A stretch of DNA of 59,809 bases, filler included, from Sphacelaria rigidula (lineage: Eukaryota), in NCBI GenBank assembly GCA_964200075.2. It is 5 parts of 5 records of this genome, joined end to end, with 100 filler letters (N's around TTAATTAATTAA, not from the genome) between each part and the next. Parts side by side here need not be neighbours in the genome. Positions count along the whole stretch, not along the records: positions 1 to 11,883 come from CAXNAA020004380.1; positions 11,984 to 23,865 come from CAXNAA020004381.1; 3 more parts are not named here. The stretch is one strand, 5' to 3'. The translations under genes and the position numbers were made by a program. Of this stretch, positions 1-13,660 are shown one piece after another. The notes under the pieces were generated by a model that saw only the letters and a program-made list of their open reading frames with translations, was not told the origin of the DNA and did not search any database. Numbering within the stretch: the stretch's first letter is position 1; the number at the start of each line of letters is the position of its first letter.

Positions 1-256
1 CCCCCCCCCCTTCCGAAAGGGATGCTTGGGCAAGGGTCAAAAAAAAAAGGGAAAAAACAAATGGGTCCCCCCCCCCCCCCCCCCGCGCGCGCGCTCCCTT
101 TCATCCATAAAAACGTTGGTGGTGAACGCGATAGTTGGAGTTGGCCGTGCTCGGCTCAAACCATTCAAGAGAAGTGATTCCGACGGAAAGGAGACTCACC
201 TACAGCCCATGCAGAGCATGCACACCAGCATTCACGAAGAAAAAAGCGCGATTTAA

Positions 257-1804
257 GGCCAAACAGCACCGCGGGGTACAAGGGCCTCGCAGAATACCCT
301 CCGTTGTTCAATAATGGGGGTAGACCCCTCGCCACCTACGTTTATCTTTCACCCTTCTTCTGTCCAAATTGTCATCCTCTTTGATCCAAAGTGTACACAA
401 ATTGTACAAACACGTTTCGCCACCATCAGTCATTCACAGTCACCGTACGACCCACCACACGGCAAGAATCTCGAACGCGTCTTTTACTCTCTTCCTACGA
501 CCTGGAGCCTGGAGACCCGGCCGCCGGTCTTTTCTACCCTACGAAAATGGAACCCCTGCGGTCTGATTGACAAACAGCACGATAGTCGAGCGCGCGCATA
601 AACGGCACAACGAGTTGCCACATTATGGAACATATTTCGAAAGTTCTCCGGGTAAATCCGTTCAAAGTTTATTCAGATATGATGACTTGTGTCAGGCGGG
701 CGCCGTAGCATACCCACAAACGGCCAATGACTCCGTCTTGAGCAACTCTTGTGGCACATACACGGCTGGTTATTTTCCAATGACGATGGGATTGCCGTGA
801 CCAGGCTGTGTATGGATGAGCAAGAGGTAGCACTACGCGTGATGCGCTTCTGCTTCGGGTGTCTGTGCATGCTTGTTCCGGCTGGGTAGTGTTTCACTCG
901 TGTGCTTCAGTCGCACCCGTTGAGATTTCAATACTTGTTTTCCACTACGTCCAGTACCCAAACAAACAGCGCTCTTCCAAGAAACTCTAGATTGTGTTTC
1001 CCCCGTAGAGTTCAAAGTGATCATTTCAAGTAGGCAAGCTGCTTTGCTCGCGCGTGTTCTTCACATGTTTTATTTTGTCCCGGTCAGACACGGCATAGCA
1101 ATCGTCACGAACAATCCAGGCGGCCATTTGTGTGTTGTCGGAACGGACAGGAACCTCCCAACGAATGTGGTAACACTCGGTATCATCGCGATTCACAATT
1201 GAATTGCTCCCGTATCCTCCAAAATGTCGCTTTTGCGTGGTGAAGTGTCTTGTTCGCATATCTTTCCGTCGCTCTACGATTGCTACATGCGCCTCTACTA
1301 TTCCTACAATCGCTTTGTGCATTGCCAGCGCGCTGTACGGGCGCATTGCCTCGGCATGCTTGCGCGCCACGCCGTTGGATTATGTGTGGGTCGTGGAGGG
1401 GTTCAGCTACCGTGTTCCGTGATTGGCAACTTGGTGTGCCGTTTTGCGCGCGCGCGCGCACAACGGCCGGGCAGTGTGTCAATCACCCCGTAGGAGTCTC
1501 ATCTTTGTGGGGTGGAAAAGACCGGCGGCAAAGTTTCGAGGCTTCAAACCGTAGGAAGAGGTGAAAAGAAGCGTTGAAGACGTCCTTTGGCCGTTTAATT
1601 TTTGCCGTGTGGTGGGTGGGACGTCGGCTGTGAAAAGCTGATGGTGGTGAAACGTGTGTATGGTTTGGACCAAAGTGGGCGAACATTTGAACAGAAAGAG
1701 AGTGGAAGATAGACATAGTAGGTGGCCAGGGGTATACCCACCTCATTATCGGGCAAAAGAGGGTATACTGAGAGGCCACTGTGCCCCACGGTGGTGTCTG
1801 GCTC
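257..1804. mobile_element. Non-autonomous DNA transposon with long (~370 bp) imperfect TIRs, PIF/Harbinger-like
   Basis: 257-~620 is the diverged reverse complement of ~1423-1804 (ggccaaacagcaccgcggggtaca vs revcomp gagccagacaccaccgtggggcaca). TAA flanks both sides (254-256, 1805-1807). No intact transposase seen inside. Confidence 0.65.
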
Positions 1805-3128
1805 TAAATCGATATTTGTTTTCGCGGAAACTGGTGTGCATGCTCAGGACCAGCTCTAGGCATGTCGCTTTGCGTCGGGATTGTGTTTTTTTAGTGGTTC
1901 CGGCTTAGCAAGGGCAGCTCCAACTGTCGCGTTCACCACCACCCTCCTTGTGGCTGAAAAGGGGCAAGGTGTACCTACTTTTGTATATTGCCCGAAACAG
2001 TTGTCGGAATTTCACCGGGTTTCCGCGCCCCTCTGCGATGGCCCCGATACTTGTGCGATGATATGACTGAAGCGCTTGGTTCGTGCTTTTGTGGAGCATT
2101 CCTGTGCTGTAACCACGATATGTGTCATTACCGGCAGTTGCACGATACCACATTACACACCTACGACTACGATGTACAAACGGAAATACGTTTTCTTGTA
2201 CGGGACGTTTCTCCAATCTCATGCACACCACACGAAATCCTTGTTGCCTAGGAACAGGACATGCCATATCGTACCCACGCGGGATACGAGATACGATATA
2301 GTACCGGAATATCGCATTTTTCAGGCGATATCGGCACGATATATCCCCCATGTATCGGGGTAGATATATCGGGATCGGGACACGATACCGACCGCTGACC
2401 CCACTGAATTCTGGACTCTCAGAACAGTTGTCCAAGTGTTTGATTGGTCAATGTGTAAGTCGTTTATCCCTTTTTCCGAACGTAGATGATGACGATAGAC
2501 TCCAGTATTTATGATCAAACTGTTGCTTGTTGCTGACTTCCAAGCGGACAACCTATCCGCCTTGTCACGGCAGCGGGAACGGCAGATGCCGCTCCTGCAC
2601 AAAAATGGAATTGAAATATCACGAGACTATCTCAACTTCGATTGCCACCCAATATGGACAGTTTCGAAGCATCACCGAGGGTATTTTGTGCGAAATATTG
2701 CTCGTGGAACCCTGCACCCCAAGTCCTCGACTTGAGTTTCATTTTTCAATTTATTTCACGTGGTTGGAATAGTGAGCTTGGATGCACCTTCACGCCCCTG
2801 CCGGCAGCTTATTTTAACCGCAGTGATGGGGTATGGACCCGGGAACAGGGGTCGAGATCGCTGTAGGGATCGACGCCGGAGCCGGGGGTGGGCGCCGCAA
2901 CGCACGGCAATCGTTGCACGCGCCTCATAATTACCTCCTACGCTCTAGAAACGACGCGTAAAGTCCCCATCATCGGATGATTTGCACAACCTTTGCCACT
3001 CCCCGCCATCCTACATCTTTTACAACACCCCTTCACTCCCAACTCCTCAACTTTTCAATGCCTGACCCCTCAAACTCTACCCCCGTCACCCGTTTCCATT
3101 ACACACGGTGTTTATTCCCGACTGACAG

Positions 3129-6100
3129 GACGCTATTTTGATTAGGGTGGCTACAACAATCAAACAGTCGGCGCAAAATCACAAAGAAACGCGGAAGCTC
3201 ATGAAGAGGATGCAGGAGCACATTTCACCCCCCCAGGGCAGCCGCGACTGTGGCGCCGGTGGTGGTGGGTACGGGGGAGGTTTTTTTGATGAAGATGCAG
3301 GGGTACACGGGGACCCACAATACGGCACGCCAGGCCTCGTGAAGGCAATCTCCGAAGATGTGACCACCGAGATCCAGCGCCTGTGTGCGGGTGCGGCGGG
3401 GAAGGAGAACGATCGCTGCGCGGAGTTGGACGGTCTGCTCCAGGAGGCCTATCGTCAGGTAAATGTTTGAGAAGAAGATGAAACAAAAGACTTGTGAGCG
3501 ACTGTGGGCGACACGCGTACTCCCCGCAGATTTGGATGGGTAAAACTCGCAGTTTTCCACTGTCAGATTCTGATTATATCGGCCGTGAACAGACGGCGTC
3601 TTGCATGATATATGCATGACCAAATATTGAGACCGGGTGTCTACAATTGATGTCTGATAACTCCCGCGCCCCAGTGGTTTAATTGGCACAACGGCGACCG
3701 GTTAGGGTCCAAAGCCGTGGATTCGAATCCTGACGAATGCATGTGCTTCTTGGCAAAAGCTGGTTCCACCGCTGAAAGCGTGAAGACGTGACTAGTAAAA
3801 CCTTCATTTGATGAGAGTGGACGTGGCGCGGGAGTGTTAATCCGACCCTCCATACCGAGATGTATGACAACTACCAGGCGGGGAAGGGGGGGGTGTAATC
3901 GTGATCATGCATGCCTTAGTCACAAGACCATTGACCTCCCATCCCTACAAAGCCGAGACGGAGCCCGCCGCGTTTTCGCCGGACCAGACTCGCAATCAAT
4001 CACCAAGCGCGAAGCGCCGTGATGTGTTCGGCGAGTCGCGTGAAGGGTGAGCTGCAATCAAAGCTTGTTCGACTCGAAGCGTACTACTTGTCTTGAGTAT
4101 GGATGACAGCCTCGAATGAACTGATCTAATTTTTGGTATCGCCACCTCCAGACTTACCCACGTGTTGCACTGCCTCATGGATGTCTTCCCATTCGAACAC
4201 TGCGTGGTATGATAATCCCCTTTGGTCGGAGATGGGTTCTCCATCCCGCACAATTTGACCTAGTTCGATCACCATCATCGTTACCGGAAAAAAACGCAAG
4301 CGGGAAAGGAACGGGAACCTGGTTGCCCAGCTTACGCAGTGAGCGGCGTGTTTGACAGCGTCATAACCAACCGACGCCAACCCTTACCACGTGGGGGGTG
4401 GGGGTGGGCGTACTCATTTGTTGCTTGCCTTAGTCCTTTGACCATTGACCACGCTTCCCTTTCGAGACGGAGCACGTGGGGGGGTGGAGTTGGGATGAGT
4501 TTATCCGTTGAAAATACGGACTATTCCCAAGGAAAAGGAGGGTTTGAAAGTACAACAAAACAAAACCCGAACCCAGTTGACACCAATTCGTGCGAATTCT
4601 GCTTATATTATATAGGTCAGAGACTGTGAATAGCTTAGTTCTGTTTGTGGATGGTCTACCTCTGTTCTAAGGGCTTCGCCTTTTATGACGCACAGATGAC
4701 ATGAAGTATAAGTTTCCACACGTCGGACGAGTCATTACTCGTCGAAAAGAGTGCACTCGTGGATGTTTTTTAAAACGCAACGAGCATAACTCGTGTGCTC
4801 GAGTCATTACTTTTTTTTTCAACGAGTAATGGCTCGAGTGCTCACCCTATTAGTTTGTCTCCACAACGAGCAATGACTCGAGTGCTCGCCCTATTAGTTT
4901 GTTTCCACAACGAGCAATGACTCGAGTGCTCGCCCTATTAGTTTGTTTCCACAACGCGCAATGACTCGAGTGCTCGCCCTATTAGTTTGTTTCCACAACG
5001 AGAAATGACTCGAGTGCTCGCCCTATTAGTTTGTTTCCACAGCGAGCAATGACTCGAGTGCTCGCCTTATCGAACCCTTTCGGGACCGACTCCCCACTAA
5101 CACGGGGTTGACCACGTGTTACTGAAATAATAAAAAATATGTCGGTGAGCGACCTACCCAATCACGGCGAGGCAAAATGTATTGACCAGAACCGAACGAT
5201 CAGCGCGGAGACTGTTGTCGAGTGTAATGTCACTGCAAAGATCGTGTGGGGCCTAGAGAAGCCTTCCCAGGTTTTTAAAGCCAGGATACTCGGAGCATGG
5301 CTTATCGTATTATTGCATTCAGTATAATGTAGCGTTCCCAGGATTTCACAGGAGTTTTCTTGGGTCGTCAGCCTATCCTCAAACGTAATAATTACACTAA
5401 CAGTGAGTGGGAAACCCGGGAAGGAGTGTACATGCCACAATGTCGTCATTTTCACGAGGCACCAAGCTCAGGTGGACCGTGGAAAGACGAAAGGAGCTAC
5501 CGTCATGGATTCTGCTTCTCCCTCTGCCGATGACTTGCAGAACACTGTGAACATGTGTGTAGTGGGCGGACATGATCAGCCTGTGTATAAGCAGCTGATC
5601 TCCGTCGCTGAGAACTGCCCAGAACATGCAGGGGAGTATGCAGCGGCAGCTGCTGCTCCAGTCGGAGAGGCGTACTGCACTGTGCTGTACTTCATGTATA
5701 TGCGCCGTAATGCCCATACCCTTCGAAGAGAATTTGTCGCATGCAACAAAGAGGGAAATGGCGGCTCACCCCGACCACAAAGGGCTGTGCGGCAAGGTGA
5801 TGGGGACGATAACATCATCCAAAGCCACAAGTGGCGGGCGGTCCGCCACTCACCGCATCCTGTTGAAAGCTGTCTACGGCGACACATACCGCTTCCTAAA
5901 TCAGATGTACGTTACCTAATGCGCACCCTGCACCCGAAAATAGATTGGATAAAACTTTCGGTATTCCTGATAATCCTGCGCTTACATACGCGGATTTTCA
6001 GCAACATTCCTTTGTTTCGTGCAGACGCCAGACACGTCATTCCTAACTACCCTCATTGGTCGTTCTGGAGGCCCGGTCCCAAAGGGGTTAATTTTTCCAC

Positions 6101-9100
6101 AGCGAGGAATGACTCGAGTGCTCGCCCTATCGTTTTTTTCCCACAACGACGAATGACTCGAGGGCTCGCCCTATTGATTTTTTTCCACAACGAGCAATGA
6201 CTCGAGTGCTCGCCCGATTGATTTTTTTCCACAGCGAGCAATGACTCGAGTGCTCGCTCTATTGTTTTTTTTCCACAACGAGCAGCCCAACCGGTGCGAG
6301 TTTCAGGAGTCACACTCGTGCTTACCCGACGTGTGCAAGTTTCGGAAATCTTCTCAAATCATTTTTTTATACTGGCAAATATTACAGGGTATATAATATG
6401 AGTTGGTACACTGATATTGTGGTAACAGTACAGCGGCATCGAAGTCGGTAATGTCGGGGCCGCGAATTGAGACCCCTCAATTTTGAGCGTAAATGTTTAC
6501 CAACGGGAGGCAGAGACAAGTCGTGTTACCGTCGTGATTACATTGTGTACGAATATTTTTGATTGACTGCCCAATATCACGGTGTTGCTGTCTTCGACTA
6601 TGGAAACAGGGTTGCCAGGTTACCCGGAAGCTCTGACCATACTGCAAAACGGAGGCTGTGGCACTCTCTGTGCCGTCCATTTGAAGTTGTTCGAGGCCTG
6701 CAATAAATCTGAACAGGGACTTATTGTTTTGCTGCGAGCTTCACTGGATCACTATTATTCTGATGAAGGTTGGCTGAGGCGTTAGGAACGGAAGAATGAG
6801 GGCGAGAACTAGAGGCGAGAACAGAAGTATACGGGAAATACTGTTTTTCCTCTGCGACCCCGCATGCTTCGCACTTCAGCCGGTGACATGTATTTTTGAA
6901 CCCGAATAATGTGATGTGAATGTGCGTTTTCCCGCCACTTTTCCAATCCGCCTTGTCGCCCGCCGCCGCCGCTATCGCTGACTGAGAATGGTTCAGGTCA
7001 GCGTGCTTGAGGGCATCATTTCTCACAGAGACGACGAAGTTTCTCGATTGAACGGCGAGCTGGCGGCGGCCATGGAAGCCATCACCACTGCCGCTGTCGC
7101 CCCTCCAGCGGTAGCAGCTCCGCGCGAGGCCTTACATCCGAACGCAATGACATCCGACGCCGGGACTCAGTCCGAACAGCAAGAAACCGTCATCACCACG
7201 GCTCCAACGGCCACGACGGCAACGGGGACCGTTCCACGCACCGCTGGTCGAACCGCCGCACCCCTTGGAGATATAAGAACCGCCCCGAACGATTTCGCCG
7301 AACCAGCCGCAGCCGCCGATTGCCGAGGTGGGACGGGCGCCGGTGTGGGAATCCGGGGGGTCGGGTCTGTGCAGCAGGCGCTAGGATTGCTGCAGGTGTC
7401 CGAGACTGGTGAAGAGTTGGCCACGTTACCCACGGGAACTATGGTGGAGCATTTGAGGGTCGTGAGCGAGTGCCGCCTTCGCTTGGAGGAGATGGAAGGA
7501 AGGGTTAGGGAGGCGCAGGCGGTCACCCAGGTGTGGATGGACGATGGTTTAGGATGGGGAAGGCTAGGCTTTAGTTACGTATGCGCTTTTTTTTGCTTGG
7601 AATTTAGCTTCTGAGAAAAAAATTATAGGATTTTTTAGCGCAAATTGGGCGCGCTCTATGCGCCTTCTTCTTGTCCTTGTTGAAGCGTTGTGGCAGTATT
7701 CCCTCACAAGGCGCGCCTTCTAGCATGAGGACAAGACACAACAAGTTAGGCATTCGAAGTTTTCATCTTCATTTTTAATTGAAAAATGAAGCTTTTCATC
7801 AGTCATTCAATTTGAGGGCCATAACCTGCACACCTACACCCTAACCCACGTACGGAAACAACAGATGCCACTATAGTAATGATACAGGAGTAGGGTATCG
7901 TAGCCTCTGGACACAGGGCATTGCAGCCTTTGGCCTCTCACCCGGCAAGCTACAAGCTACAGGCTTCCTCCCCTCCCCCCATCATCTACGGTCAGTCGAC
8001 ATTGGTAAATCTTGTCGAACTACCGGTACCGATCGTACGCTGTACGTACAAAATGTACTAGTCTCTTGTCACATTTTTGAAAACAACAAAGTACCATGTA
8101 TGGAGAATCAGACCCGCAACAAAGTAGGAAAACGAAGCACTACCATGGAAGCTTGGAGTATTGAAGCCTGAAGCCAGTCGGCCTGTCTGGTGACGAGTCA
8201 CGCCATATAGAAGGCTTGCGGGTAGCTTGCTGCAGGAGGCGCGTAAAAAGTTATCGAATTTTATGCGCGTTTTATGCGCGTTTCAAGCATGTTAAGCTCG
8301 TTTGAAGCAAATGAAACTAATTGTAAGAATTGCGATAAAAGGCCTACTTAAGCTCAAAACCCCCAAATGAAGCTAAGCGTTATGCGCGCATACGGAACTA
8401 AAGCGTAGGGAAGGCGAGGGGAGTGATTGATGGTTGGTCCGTTGTTTGCCTGGACTGGGTAGGAACGAGAATCGATTATAGTGGTGGTTGTGGTGATAGG
8501 TGGGGTTCTGTGTGATGGGCGCCGGAAAAAAGTGTATTTCTGTTTTGGGTACAATTTTCTTTTTCTCTCTTCAGGTATTCGTCATACTCGTTACCCGTGA
8601 CCCTACAATATACTATAGTGTTCATGTGATTCGCTGTAGAGTGGACACGATAGCGGCATAGAATTCGCTCGTGTATATTGATGCTGTGTTCGATTGTGGA
8701 GAGGAAAGCCGGTCAACGCTTCAGAGAAATGGCAACAGCGTGCGACTCCGTTGGCACCTTGATCTGATGTCAGAATATACTGCCTCAATGACTATACTCG
8801 CGGCTAGGCCTGCTGGTATACCATGTCGCGCACGGTTTGGAAATCAAGCTGCCTTATCCGAAGGAGTCTAACTCAATAGCTGCTTGATGAAATTAGGCAG
8901 TTTTTTGGGGTGCGTCTCTCCATTTGCATGGAAAGAACGCCGTCTTTTCAAAATCGAAAACGAATACGTTGCTGTGATTTCGGAAGATCACAGCGATTTC
9001 GACGGTGGGCTGGTCTATGGTGCGTGCCGTTTACGTGTAAACCCTGGGACCTGACGTCATCACTTCTCTCAAAAATAGACAACAGCCGTGAAATAAGATC

Positions 9101-9719
9101 CACACACCCGCTGCCACACGTACCAACAAATGCACACAAACATGCCATTGACGAGCAGGAAGCTGAAGCCAGAACCAAGGATCTGTCCCAACAGCTGCAA
9201 GACGTAGGGGAAACGTTCAGGAAGGCCGCACGGGCTTCTTCCTCCACAATCGGCGCCAACAATACCAAGACCGGCGATGGCACTAACAGCGCCAACATCA
9301 AGAGCGATGCCGCAGAAGAACCGGCTACCCCCCACCCGACGACAACCGCTACCGCTACCGATGACGCCTATCAGCAGCAGCAGGACGGTCACCACAACCA
9401 GCAAGCTGACATTGCCCCGTCACACGCGCCGCGGCTATCGCCGCCGCAGCCGCGACGCAATTTCGAGGCGACGGCCTCGAGCGAGATGGCACCGCGCGCA
9501 ACGGTTCGAGGTGTCGGACAGCCCCAGCTCCAGTCTCGGGAGCGACAGCAACAGCAGCAGTCCGCCGATGACGCTGGGTCTACCTCTTCGCTGACCAACG
9601 ATGGTGGTGGGTGGACTGAAGACAGCGGTTCGGTGAAGTGTACGGACCAGGTTAACGGTGGTCCTGGGGATGAGAACGGTGACGCTATTGCTGCACTGGC
9701 AGCTGTACCTGAGGGGCGG
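3129..9719 (+). CDS. Partial multi-exon gene, unknown coiled-coil/low-complexity protein; exons 3129-3458, 6997-7530, 9159-9719
   Basis: Three GC-rich stop-free exons with AG/GT borders, all phase 0, join in frame (..QEAYRQ|VSVLEG..AVTQ|EAEARTKDLSQQLQ..PEGR). Start and stop exons not identified. Confidence 0.7.
3665..3850 (+). mobile_element. tRNA-derived SINE, 5' part
   Basis: A-box-like agtggtttaattgg and B-box ggattcgaatcc, followed by a body similar to the SINE at 16860-17280. Confidence 0.55.
3879..4380 (-). mobile_element. Long form of poly(C)-tailed retroposon (3' fragment of a LINE-like element)
   Basis: Homologous to 37823-38100 and 38295-38750. G-run at the left end. Shares tgccttagtc..gaccattgacc..catccct..cgagacggagc with the short form. 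Confidence 0.6.
4388..4487 (-). mobile_element. Short poly(C)-tailed retroposon with TSD
   Basis: Core gtactcatttgttgcttgccttagtc..gaccacgcttccctttcgagacggagcac flanked by direct repeats cacgtgggggg(g)tgg. Confidence 0.7.
4790..5070 (+). repeat. ~40-bp tandem repeat array, left half
   Basis: Unit ttagtttgtttccacaacgagcaatgactcgagtgctcgcccta repeated about 6 times with no spacers. Confidence 0.9.
5075..6087. mobile_element. piggyBac-like element nested in the tandem array
   Basis: Ends CCCTTTCGGGACCG and CGGTCCCAAAGGGG. TTAA on the right (6088-6091), CGAA on the left. Right end is homologous to 23591-23865. Confidence 0.6.
6092..6283 (+). repeat. ~40-bp tandem repeat array, right half
   Basis: The same unit resumes in register after the insertion, about 5 copies. 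Confidence 0.9.
7565..8407. mobile_element. hAT-like MITE in intron
   Basis: TIRs TAGGCTTTAGTTACGTATGCGC and GCGCATACGGAACTAAAGCGTA. Perfect 8-bp TSD gggaaggc (7557-7564, 8408-8415). Confidence 0.8.
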
Positions 9720-10084
9720 GTGAGTGTGTAGGGTGATGGCGTAGGGAGACGAAACAAGTGTGCGGGGTGATGAAAAGAGTACACTTGGTTTGTGAACCAG
9801 AGTGTTCGGTGAAAAACGTGGCAAGGTGAGAGCACCATTCCGTGGGTTTTGGGCGAGTACTTCGCAGCGATAAACCAGGGAGTATGTGTGTGGGTGTGTG
9901 CAAACGGATAGATTGGTGGGCATAGAACCATGCTTTCTGGTCTGCATGTACGGTACATGCAGCAGTAGCGCGCCTCGGTAGGTGTTACCGGTAGAACTAA
10001 ACGCGTGAGGGTGGAATAATCTGGGCTTTGAATCCTGGCGGGTGTACCATGTTGTGGATTTTTACCTTCACACAAGTTAGCTTT

Positions 10085-10270
10085 TTTCAGCCTCTGGAAA
10101 CGTGAGGATGTGACCAGCCGAGAAAATCAATTCATCTGACGACAGTCGATCCGGTGCAGGAGGTGCAGGAGGGCTTATCCAATCCGCAATACCACATTGA
10201 AGGGCCGTGCACCGGGGCAGAGATCGGGCGATCCCTGAACAGATCTCAGATCTGTCCCGAGGAAGGCGAA
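10085..10270 (+). mobile_element. SINE body fragment
   Basis: Shares aaacgtgag..atccaatccgc..gatccct..gtcccgaggaagg with 16860-17280 (-) and 55740-55920. Confidence 0.5.
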
Positions 10271-11800
10271 AATGCACCGGGAATTTGTCTTTGGCGGTCC
10301 AGCTAGAACGAATCTCGTTTGTTTTGAGCCCAGACTGAAACGTTACCCCGTAGCTTCACCTTAAATATATGTTCCGTTTGTCTAATATATAAGAATCAGC
10401 ACATGGCCGAATATTCAGGGCGATTTTGTCGGACCCCATGTCTTTCCTCATCCGACACGTTCGGTCTACCACATTCACAAGTTCATTCAGCTTTTGAGGG
10501 TGCCGCATCTGTATGCGCTGTGACGTCGCAGCTGCCACGGAGAACCTCGCGCCGCAGGGGAGTGATACACGACACCAATCGTGAAACGAAATATCTGGGG
10601 GGTCATAGAAATGGTAACTAGGGATATGGTCATCATAAAAACAGGGGGTATTGGGAACGGAAGTGTGTACCGCATTCCTCTGGCAAGCGGCTTCGACCCC
10701 TCGCGGGGAGCGGTGACGCCTGCGAGACCCTCCAAGTCCTCATATATTTAAACGACACGTCATTGGAGAAGTATTCAGGATGATCATCGTTACGCTCTAC
10801 TCGAAAGCCATACCGCAGTGCACAATTAAAATACGTCCACCGAAGTCCAACGCGGGCGAATTCTGGACAGAAAGAAGACACACAAAAATACAATGTGATG
10901 AAATGACTCGCGAGTAAAAAGGCGACGCCTATTCAAGCACACATGCACATGACTTCATGTGTATATAGAGCATCGGGTGCAGGTCTATTGTAGAAGACGA
11001 GTCGTCGACACGTTTGGTGAAGTCTAAAGGGTGCATGATTTGTTGGTCTGAGAACAAGTATCCCAAACAGGAAAATCTCGGACGAGTCTTGACAACAAAT
11101 TCGACATATTTTATGCGCACTGATCAATCAGGGAGACTTTGAATAATCTTGATGAGCTGGTAATGCAAGTAATATTTGCCGGAAACGGGGTTCTGCCATT
11201 ACACAAGCATAGGACCTGCGTTGGACGAGTGTGAGAGCGGACATGCTGTGCAATCTGAGCGCGAGTTTAGCGCGGGTTGGGCGTCATGCTTCCGCCCCAA
11301 CCTGTTAGCATCCGCTCGCTGGCTTCGGGTTAAAACGTTGACCGAAAAGCTGTCAGTATCGCTTTTTGAGTGTAATAATGTCTATGAAGAGCAGGGTCCG
11401 CCATTGCAGAGGCTGCCAGTCCATTTGATCGCATTAATAGTCGTCTGCTGAGTATCTGTCGAGGATCGGGACATGCGGTCGAAATTTTACACGAAGATAT
11501 CGCAGACGGGTGGGCAGAGGGTATCATTCTAACTTTTCTTGGAAGCACACGAAATTCAGCTGTTTTTGGATGACCGCTCGTAACACGGAATGCGAAACCG
11601 GAAAGTTAGAACCCGCCTCAAATCTGCACAGTAGATACCTTCTACATCATGATACGTTTGATCGTGGGAATGTTTTCCCAGCACCACCGACACTCTCTTG
11701 CACTTGGTTCAGTTTTCATTGATGTGGCCCCGATGAAAAAAACACAACATACATGAAAAACACATGATGATGGATCCTTCTCGATATCCTTGACGTTACC

Positions 11801-11883
11801 GCCGCCCCCCCCCCCCCTCTGTGCTCCGTCTCGAAAGGGATGCGTGGTCAATGGTCAAATGACTAAGGCAAGCAACAAATGAG
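11801..11883 (+). mobile_element. Short poly(C)-tailed retroposon cut by contig end
   Basis: C-run followed by gtgctccgtctcgaaagggatgcgtggtcaatggtcaaatgactaaggcaagcaacaaatgag. Confidence 0.7.
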
Positions 11884-11983
11884 NNNNNNNNNNNNNNNNN
11901 NNNNNNNNNNNNNNNNNNNNNNNNNNNTTAATTAATTAANNNNNNNNNNNNNNNNNNNNNNNNNNNNNNNNNNNNNNNNNNNN
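11884..11983. other. Artificial contig linker
   Basis: 100 bp of N with a central TTAATTAATTAA (stops in six frames). Confidence 0.97.
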
Positions 11984-12989
11984 GTAAAAATAAATAAAAC
12001 AAACCTGGGGTTTAAGCGTAAACAATCCAGTCGCTCTTGCTTTTATCCCTGAGTTCTGATTTTTCTTTCCGAAACTCTCTATTATGTCAAGCCTTTCGTA
12101 GCGAAACGCTGATAAGCCCAACATTACGGCAGTCGCCCCCGTGAATAGAAAAGCTCACGGGTGGTTGAACATCAAAGCGTTTTTTAAGCCTCGATCCCTC
12201 GTCTCCCATCACCCGATTCCCTCCTTTGATGGGACAGGTTGTCTTTCTCAGAACCAGTTGTGCTCGCTGAGCGCTACAGTTTCGCGTGATGAAATGGAGG
12301 TCAAATGTGCAAACTCTAGCTCCACAGACCTGTGACGTTCGTTACCATACATAGGACTACAGAGGGGACTCAAAACCGTTTGAAAGAGAGAGAAATGTCC
12401 GGCGAAACACTGTAGCAGAATTTGAAAATCTGAGAGGAAAATACACGGGCGTGCCTTTAGTACCGATAACGGCGCCACGCTGTTTTCCACGTCAATATGC
12501 ACCTAACAGTGTTGCGCCAGAAGTAAAAAAGAGTCAAGTGTGTGTCGATTTTCGCATATAAGAATCATTGTATACATTATCAGCAGGGATCATCCTCGAA
12601 GTAGATGTAGTCCACATGAGCCAGGTACCCCAAAGGGAGGAGCTGCGACCCAACACGCGGCATATCTGAAAAGCTATGAAGGCTGTATCGTCGGCACAAG
12701 TTGCAGGCTGAGAATGTGATTATGTCTAGCGTTCGGTAGTGTGCATGGTGTTGCTTGGTACCGGTGCCTTGCGGGCCCCATGGTACGACGATAGGTGGCA
12801 ACCACTACAAATGTTCCAGCGTATCACCACGCCTAGGGCGTAGTATATGGAGTGTGCAATTCGCCTGCAAGAACAAGCATTTCAATTGCTCTCCAAGAAA
12901 ACAAGAACGGCACGATCGTTTGCATGCATATCTGGCGGCGCAGGTGATGACTTTGAGATTTGAAAGCTCCTTCATGACCACTATAACGA

Positions 12990-13660
12990 CAGTACCCGTA
13001 CCGTAACACTGCGTAACCGCATCTGATATGTGGCGTAACCAGGGCGTAACCGCGTCTCGTGTTTATTTGGATCATTTCCTACCGTAAACTCTCAATTTCC
13101 AGTGCAACTTTGCAAGGTTGTGTTTTGTAGGATACGGTTTTCTGTATACCCGGGGTATTTTTCCGGGTATTACCGTACCCGACACTTTTATACCGGTACC
13201 GGACAGTTCTGTAGAGTCTGTAAGACTTTCATACCCTTACCCGATAGTTCTGTGAGTTCTGTAAGCCTCCCGTACCATTACCGGGGGCACGGGTATTGCC
13301 TTGATAAAGTACCCGGCTGCGGGCACGGTTTTATGTGCAGCCTCCATACCCTGCCCGACAGTTTCTGTGAGTTTTGTACGCCTCCCATACCCTTGCCCGA
13401 CAGTCCTGTGAGTTCTGTACATAATGTATGCCAGTACCCGGAGCGCGAGTATGCCCTTGAAGAAATACCCGGTTGCCGGTACGGTTTTCTGTAAGCCTCC
13501 CGTACCTTACCCGACAAGTTTTTTCAAAAAGTGTGAGACTTTCAAACCGGTGCCCGAGAGTTGTGTAATTTCTGTAAGCCTCTCAGACCTTTACCCGATA
13601 TATCTGTAGATTCTGTACGAATCCCATACCCTGGAGAACATAGCCGTACCCCACAGAAGA
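12990..13660. repeat. Degenerate short-unit repeat block, probable non-autonomous transposon
   Basis: Recurring ttctgtgagttctgtaagcctcccgtacc and cccgacag motifs. Confidence 0.5.

Larger units (their letters stand above)
4717..6335. mobile_element. hAT-like non-autonomous element with internal ~40-bp tandem repeats
   Basis: TIRs CACACGTCGG (4717-4726) and CCGACGTGTG (6326-6335). 8-bp flanks taagtttc / caagtttc. Confidence 0.65.

Noticed and set aside
3665-3740. tRNA gene (also 17205-17280, ~15825-15885, ~45945-45990)
   Set aside because: A/B boxes are present but no convincing cloverleaf. The first two are followed by a shared SINE body.
5403-6200. 265-aa ORF as a host gene
   Set aside because: It runs across a transposon end into a tandem repeat and has no recognisable domain.
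4790-6283. CRISPR-like array of ~40-bp repeats
   Set aside because: Units are contiguous with no unique spacers, there are no cas genes, and the array lies inside a TIR element in eukaryotic DNA.
11884-11983. TTAATTAATTAA motif recurring every ~12 kb as a biological repeat
   Set aside because: Assembly linker embedded in Ns.
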